Assembly (NCBI GenBank): GCA_037445915.1
Contig: JBBIJQ010000061.1
Span: 1-11,716, forward strand
Origin: Planctomycetales bacterium
GTDB taxonomy: Bacteria > 4484-113
Direction of reading: 5' to 3'
DNA: 11,716 nucleotides
Made by a program: the position numbers and the translations under genes. Below the pieces are notes generated by a model. That model was not told where the DNA came from and did not search any database. It saw only the letters and a program-made list of their open reading frames with translations. This document shows, in pieces, positions 6,979-11,716 of the stretch. Each line of letters starts with the position of its first letter. Position 1 is the stretch's first letter.

Positions 6979-8223
6979 ATGAAAAGAGAATACTTTTACC
7001 TGTTGATTGCGGTAGCCGTTACAGTTCCCGCACTGATAGCCCGCTTCGGCGGCATCCACCCCAATCCCGTCGTAGGCATCGTTCTTTTTGGGGCTGCCAT
7101 AGTCGCCGCCGCATTCATACTTAGCTGGGCGGCAGAAGTCGCCCAGGTGGATATCAGCCAAAACCTGGCAGTCGTCTTTCTTGCCCTGATAGCCGTATTG
7201 CCTGAATACGCAGTTGACCTGTACTTCGCATGGACGGCGGCACACGATCCCACCTACGCGCCTTACGCGCTGGCAAATATGACCGGCGCGAACAGGCTGT
7301 TGATTGGACTTGGCTGGCCTTTGCTGGTTTTCGTTTACTACTTCAAGTTCAGGAAGACTGAGATACAGCTTGAAGAGCGGCGCGCTATTGATATCTTCTG
7401 GCTTGCCGCCGCGACCCTATACTGCTTTCTCATCCCGATAAAGGGCACCCTTGACGTTTGGGATGCGGTAATCCTCTTTGCGCTGTTTGCGGCATACACA
7501 TACCGCGCTTCCCGGGCAAAGATAGAAACACCAGAACTTGAAGGCCTTCCTGCAGAAATAGCTAAATACCCAGCAGCTTTTCGGCGCATGATGACCACTG
7601 GACTCTTTCTATTCAGTGGCGGGGCTATTCTTGCGTCGGCGAAGCCCTTTGCGGAAAGCCTCATAACAAGCGGTACGATAATCGGCATTGACGAATTCTT
7701 TTTGGTGCAGTGGCTGGCTCCGCTCGCGTCCGAAAGCCCCGAAATTGTTGTTACTATCCTTCTCGTGCTGCGGGGCTTGCCTTCAATGGGCTTAGGCGGG
7801 CTTGTCTCGGCCAAGGTCAACCAATGGAGCCTGCTCGTGGGAGCCGTGCCGCTCGTATTCCTGTTAGGGAACATCTACCATAACGGCGCTTTCGTCTTCC
7901 ATATGCACCTTGACGCCCGCCAGATTGAAGAACTTTTTCTCACCGCTTCCCAAAGCTTCTATGCGCTGGCTGTGATTCTTAACTTCCGCTTTAACCTCTC
8001 AGAGGCTGTGACTCTCGCCTTCCTGTTCTTCACTCAGCTCATAGGCACAATAGTAATGGAAGAACTCGGCTATCACAGCGCTATCGCCCCATTCCATTAC
8101 GGATATAGCGCGCTTTACATATTGCTAGGCGTAATTCTGTTTGTCCGCCAGTGGGATTGCTGTGGAGCAATTGTGCGCGGCGCATGGAAGTTGGATGCGG
8201 AGGCTGTGGTTAAGCCGAAGTGA
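6979..8223 (+). CDS. CaCA superfamily cation exchanger (sodium/calcium antiporter-like)
   Basis: Many TM helices in two internal repeats, with alpha-repeat-like motifs ALIAVLPEYAV...GANR and APLASESPEIVV...SAKVNQ. Confidence 0.88.
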   Translation: MKREYFYLLIAVAVTVPALIARFGGIHPNPVVGIVLFGAAIVAAAFILSWAAEVAQVDISQNLAVVFLALIAVLPEYAVDLYFAWTAAHDPTYAPYALANMTGANRLLIGLGWPLLVFVYYFKFRKTEIQLEERRAIDIFWLAAATLYCFLIPIKGTLDVWDAVILFALFAAYTYRASRAKIETPELEGLPAEIAKYPAAFRRMMTTGLFLFSGGAILASAKPFAESLITSGTIIGIDEFFLVQWLAPLASESPEIVVTILLVLRGLPSMGLGGLVSAKVNQWSLLVGAVPLVFLLGNIYHNGAFVFHMHLDARQIEELFLTASQSFYALAVILNFRFNLSEAVTLAFLFFTQLIGTIVMEELGYHSAIAPFHYGYSALYILLGVILFVRQWDCCGAIVRGAWKLDAEAVVKPK

Positions 8224-8245
8224 GCAGTCCTATCACTTGATAAAC

Positions 8246-9640
8246 ATGAAAACACTCACAGTTGTTACGCTAGTTCTCGCCGCCGCGCTGGCGCTGGCAG
8301 CATTCGGCACGCAAGCGCACGCAGCGTCATTGCGCGCGGCAACGCTGGACGGCAGCGGCGACTATACAACGCTGCGCTTTTCCTTTGACACGTTGCCGCG
8401 CTATGAAGCGAGGCTATCCGGCGACAGGACGCGGCTGGAACTGGTGCTGTTTGGCACCAAGGCCATTTCAAACCTCGCGCTGCCCCAGGCCGCCTACCCC
8501 ATCCGCAGCATTGCGCCATACCAAGGCGCGGAAAACTATGCAGTCACAATCACGCTGGCGGGCAAATGGCCTTACCTAGTGCGGCGTGAAGGCGCTGTGC
8601 TCGCAGTGAGCTTCCCCAAGGCTTTCACCGAGCGCATTGAGCTTCCCCTCGTGCCGGGAGTCACCGCAACCTGCGAAGCCTCCAGCAACGGCAGCTCATA
8701 CCGCGAGGTTTACTACACCCGCATCCCGCCTGATGTCTTGCTCACCCGCGCGTCAATGGCGCTAACGTCAAAACATGGCGCACGCTCAATGGTGCTAACC
8801 GAACTTGCGCGGCTGGAAGGGGCTGCGCTAGTAGTCAATACCGCGTACTTTGACACGAAGAGTGGCACGCCGGTAAGCCTCGTCGTTTCCGGCGGTAAGC
8901 TTGCCACCCTTCCCTCCAAGCCAGGCCGCGCCGCGCTCGTTGTTGACGACTCTGGGCGTCCCCGCATCTACCGGCCGGGGCTGGAAGTTTGGCTGGAGGC
9001 CGACGGCAAGCGCCTGCGCGTGCAGGGATTTAACCAGCCAGCATCGCCTGGAATGGTCGTAGCCTATACCCCCGCCTTCCCTGCTGCAAAGCTCTCCCCC
9101 GACGCTATCTACTACCGCCTTGTAGCCATGGGCAGCCTAACCCCGCTGAGCCTTGCGGAGATACAAAAAGAGGGCTTTGCCGACAGCTTCATCGCGGTGA
9201 ACCTCTCGCCGGAAGCAAACCCGATGAGCGGCGCGAAGGAAGTCACCTTTAAGTGGAAGCTCTCCGACCCGTCCAAGTCGGCGGTCAATGCGCGCTTCGC
9301 AGTTTGCGCTGCGCCGATGCTGGTCCAAAACGGCGCTGTTAACATCACAAGTAAAGAAGACGAAGTGCCGGCGGACATTGCAACCTCTGTGCGCGCCCGC
9401 ACCGCTGTCGGCGTGGACAAGAACGACATGCTCATCATCGCCGTAGTGCGCGAGAGCAAGGAAGCGGGCATCGCAGGAATGTCCCTAGCCGCCCTGGCAG
9501 AGTATATGCTCAAGCTGGGCGCGGTTGACGCGCTGAACCTTGACGGCGGCGGGAGCAGCGAGTTTGTGCTAAACGGCGCGCCGATGAATGTGTCTTACGG
9601 TGGCGAGCGGAAGATACCGGTAGCGTTCGTGCTGAAGTAG
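8246..9640 (+). CDS. Secreted phosphodiester glycosidase family protein (NAGPA/DUF2233) with an AMIN-like N-terminal domain
   Basis: Motifs VNTAYF, RAAL, PMLVQNG, ARTAVG, GMSL..LA.YM..LGA.DALNLDGGGSS. A signal peptide follows ATG 8246, whereas the track's 8141 start overlaps the previous gene. Confidence 0.9.
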   Translation: MKTLTVVTLVLAAALALAAFGTQAHAASLRAATLDGSGDYTTLRFSFDTLPRYEARLSGDRTRLELVLFGTKAISNLALPQAAYPIRSIAPYQGAENYAVTITLAGKWPYLVRREGAVLAVSFPKAFTERIELPLVPGVTATCEASSNGSSYREVYYTRIPPDVLLTRASMALTSKHGARSMVLTELARLEGAALVVNTAYFDTKSGTPVSLVVSGGKLATLPSKPGRAALVVDDSGRPRIYRPGLEVWLEADGKRLRVQGFNQPASPGMVVAYTPAFPAAKLSPDAIYYRLVAMGSLTPLSLAEIQKEGFADSFIAVNLSPEANPMSGAKEVTFKWKLSDPSKSAVNARFAVCAAPMLVQNGAVNITSKEDEVPADIATSVRARTAVGVDKNDMLIIAVVRESKEAGIAGMSLAALAEYMLKLGAVDALNLDGGGSSEFVLNGAPMNVSYGGERKIPVAFVLK

Positions 9641-9642
9641 GC

Positions 9643-10551
9643 TTACGCACCCTGCGCTTTCATGTGGCGCGCTTCAAGGATACCAAGCTGGAAGCGCTTG
9701 GCGGCAAGGAACGACTTCATCAAGTAGTCGTCAATCTCCAGGACCTTTGGCTCGCGGTGGACGTGCTGCAGCGTCTGGAAGCGCTTCAATGCGGCTTCTC
9801 GGCTGTTCTCCAGCATCACATTCCCGTCATACCCGTTCTCGCCGAGAAGCTTCGCCAGGCGGTCAAAGTCAAATGTGCCAGTGTAGGGGACGAGGTGCAG
9901 GTCGCGATCGCCGAAGTTGTCCGACAAATGCGTCGTCTTTATGCGCCCCACATTGCGCTCAATGTATTCAAACGGATTGGTGTTGCCCATGCTAATGTGG
10001 CAGGTGTCAAGGCAAAGGTAAACGCTGTTGCCCTCGTAGCGCTCCAGCACGCGCTCAAGTATCCGGTGGTAGGCGAAGGGGTACGGCAGGTTCTCCAGGC
10101 AGAAAATCACGCCGCGCTCGGTGGCGTAGTCGCCAAGCACCTTGATGGCTTCCAGCGCTAGTGGGATGCGCGCCTCCATCTCACTCTCGTTCATCTCTTC
10201 CTTATTTGTCAGGTGGGCCACCACCGCGCGCCCCTTCAGCTTCCAAACTGCGTCCACAGCGGCCTTGCAAATCTCAACCGTTGATGTGCGGACATACTTA
10301 TTCTCGCTGCTGAGGTCAAGCGACAAGTCAATAGGAGTGTGGACATAATCGACGAATAGCCCCAGCCGTTCGCAAATCTCGCCGACTTCGGCGACGCGGC
10401 GCAGGTCAAAGAAGGGGAAGTGCGTGGTTTTGTGGCCGAAGGCAACCGCGTCAAAGCCCGCAAACTTCATCCGCTCAAGCAAGTGCTCTAGCGGATATGA
10501 GTAGTCCACCAATGTGGACATGCCTACGCGGCAGGTTTGCGCTTTTTTCAC
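9643..10551 (-). CDS. Sugar phosphate isomerase/epimerase family protein (xylose isomerase-like TIM barrel, AP_endonuc_2)
   Basis: Metal-binding motifs CLENL, CLDTCH, THLSDN, DLHLVPYTGTFDF, GYDG.VMLE. The GTG start is uncertain by a few codons. Confidence 0.9.
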   Translation of the reverse strand: MKKAQTCRVGMSTLVDYSYPLEHLLERMKFAGFDAVAFGHKTTHFPFFDLRRVAEVGEICERLGLFVDYVHTPIDLSLDLSSENKYVRTSTVEICKAAVDAVWKLKGRAVVAHLTNKEEMNESEMEARIPLALEAIKVLGDYATERGVIFCLENLPYPFAYHRILERVLERYEGNSVYLCLDTCHISMGNTNPFEYIERNVGRIKTTHLSDNFGDRDLHLVPYTGTFDFDRLAKLLGENGYDGNVMLENSREAALKRFQTLQHVHREPKVLEIDDYLMKSFLAAKRFQLGILEARHMKAQGA

Positions 10552-10561
10552 TAGCGCTCAT

Positions 10562-10591
10562 ATTCTACCCCGATTTCCCCGTGGTTCACAA
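10562..10591 (-). promoter_or_regulatory. Putative promoter for the isomerase/epimerase gene
   Basis: Minus strand TTGTGA (10586-10591), 18 bp spacer, TAGAAT (10562-10567). Confidence 0.5.
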
Positions 10592-10657
10592 ACAGGGGCA
10601 ACTTTCATCGCGCGTAGTCGGCACTTAATCGCCCGCCTGGATCCTGGAATCCGAACC

Positions 10658-11188
10658 CTAATCCCTATTTCCGTCCCTATCCCCCGGCGTAAGGGAGAAG
10701 TCGTCCATCTCCACAGCGGGACCGAGATCGTTCACGCTGAAATCGTCGTCAACGCCCAAATCAATAACCTCGCGGTCCTTTCCGTCCTGCGCGGGCGGCT
10801 GTTTGCGCGCGCCCTGCGGATATTCGCCACCGCCGCCTGCGCCTGCGCCGCCGGTTCCGCGCTGGCCGAGAAACAGCACCTGCTGCGCCATTATTTCTGT
10901 GCGCGTGTGCTTGATGCCGTTGGCGTCAGTCCAGCTTGAGGCTTGGATGCGCCCCTCAACATAGACCTGCTTGCCCTTGCCGACATACTCTTTAATGCGC
11001 TCGGCAAGCTGGCCGAAGGCGACGACATTGTGCCATTCCGTGCGTTCCTGCTGCTCGCCGGTGCGATTCTTGAAACGCTCGTTGGTTGCGAGGGTGAAGC
11101 GGGCGATGGGCGCGCCGGTCTGCGAATACCGAACTTCCGGGGCCTGGCCCACATTTCCTATAAGGATGACCTTGTTAAGGCTGGCCAT
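10658..11188 (-). CDS. ssb: Single-stranded DNA-binding protein (176 aa)
   Basis: MASLNKVILIGNVGQAPEVRY...LATNE...ERTEWHNVV.FG..AE...Y..KG.QVYVEGRI...W.D..G...TEI.A, followed by a Gly-rich linker. SD AGGAGG at 11197-11202 fixes the start at ATG 11188. Confidence 0.97.
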   Translation of the reverse strand: MASLNKVILIGNVGQAPEVRYSQTGAPIARFTLATNERFKNRTGEQQERTEWHNVVAFGQLAERIKEYVGKGKQVYVEGRIQASSWTDANGIKHTRTEIMAQQVLFLGQRGTGGAGAGGGGEYPQGARKQPPAQDGKDREVIDLGVDDDFSVNDLGPAVEMDDFSLTPGDRDGNRD

Positions 11189-11217
11189 CTGCGTCGCCTC
11201 CTGTTGGGAATAATGTG

Positions 11218-11246
11218 ATTCTAGCACAGCGCAAGGGCTCGCATAA
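11218..11246 (-). promoter_or_regulatory. Extended -10 promoter for ssb
   Basis: Minus strand TGCTAGAAT (11218-11226); weak -35 TTATGC (11241-11246) at 17 bp spacing. Confidence 0.6.
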
Positions 11247-11296
11247 GCCTGTAAGAAAGGGATTCGCGCAAGTGCTGGCTGGATGCGCTGCGCACC

Positions 11297-11330
11297 AAAT
11301 GAGAGGAGCCCGCCCTTGGGCAGGCTCCTC
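11297..11330 (-). terminator. Intrinsic terminator-like hairpin downstream of the 11368 gene
   Basis: Minus strand GAGGAGCCTGCCC-AA-GGGCGGGCTCCTC followed by TCATTT. The central U-G wobble pairs only on the minus strand. Confidence 0.7.
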
Positions 11331-11367
11331 CTTGAGGGGTGTGTAGCTGTGCTAAGGCCAATCAGCC

Positions 11368-11716
11368 TTAGTTTCTGCCCTTGCGCATCGGCCGGTCATT
11401 GTTCCCTTGGCGGTCTTTGGAGCGCCGGTCAATTATGCCGCGCATGAGTTCGCGCAGCTTCTGCGCGGACTTCTTGTCAGCCATGAGCATGAGCGTAGGT
11501 TCGCCGCCGTCTTTGCCCTTGCGAGGGACGATGATGACGACAGCCTCGCCTCTCTTGAAGTCGCGGATGGAGGCCTTTTCGCCGCCGTGGAAGAAGCGCG
11601 TGCGGTCGTTAATGCTTATTGTGAGGTGCTTTTTTTGGGGCAGCGGCTCGATCTTGGGCTTGTCACCATTGGGGTCGGGCTTGATAGCGCCGGTGATGGT
11701 TACCTTAACCTTGTCG
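11368..11716 (-). CDS. 3' end of a hypothetical protein (OB-fold/DUF5666-like), truncated by the window edge
   Basis: Open frame from 11715 to TAA at 11368-11370: DKVKVTITGAIKPDPNGDKPKIEPLPQKKHLTISINDRTRFFHGGEKASIRDFKRGEAVVIIVPRKGKDGGEPTLMLMADKKSAQKLRELMRGIIDRRSKDRQGNNDRPMRKGRN. Codon bias is gene-like and a terminator follows. Confidence 0.8.
   Translation of the reverse strand, partial: DKVKVTITGAIKPDPNGDKPKIEPLPQKKHLTISINDRTRFFHGGEKASIRDFKRGEAVVIIVPRKGKDGGEPTLMLMADKKSAQKLRELMRGIIDRRSKDRQGNNDRPMRKGRN

Noticed and set aside
8141..8245. Extended N-terminus of the NAGPA ORF
   Set aside because: It overlaps the exchanger gene; the signal peptide starts at ATG 8246.
743..11218. Numerous 60-180 aa antisense or alternate-frame ORFs in the track
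   Set aside because: Shadow ORFs over well-supported genes, expected in GC-rich DNA; no recognisable motifs.
11189..11227. Extended N-terminus of ssb
   Set aside because: The AGGAGG SD and the conserved MASLNKV start indicate ATG 11188.
11222..11354. 9-bp inverted repeat TAGCACAGC/GCTGTGCTA enclosing about 115 bp (possible ncRNA or MITE)
   Set aside because: The interior is explained by a terminator and the ssb promoter. No further pairing, target-site duplication or known RNA motif; compatible with chance.

Overview
GC-rich bacterial chromosomal window with no mobile element, CRISPR array or recognisable defence system. Bases 1-~504 are the 5' part of a 16S rRNA gene on the minus strand, preceded by a leader (boxB/boxA-like) and tandem sigma70-type promoters. 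Divergent from it is a Wzc/GumC-like polysaccharide co-polymerase with a degenerate tyrosine-kinase domain, overlapping (GTGA) an OPX/Wza-like SLBB export gene. These are followed by a secreted CsgG/PelC/TolB_N-fold-like protein and tmk. Next come tRNA-Ser(CGA), a secreted hypothetical protein, a CaCA-family cation exchanger and a secreted phosphodiester glycosidase (NAGPA/DUF2233). On the minus strand are a sugar-phosphate isomerase/epimerase TIM barrel, ssb with a non-canonical C-terminal tail, and the 3' end of an OB-fold-like gene missing from the ORF track. The most notable points are the stand-alone pseudokinase-PCP/OPX/CsgG-like export module, uncompensated helix 4/5 mismatches suggesting a mosaic 16S, the atypical SSB tail, and drifting short intergenic repeats. 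All family calls come from motif recognition by eye; no database searches were run.
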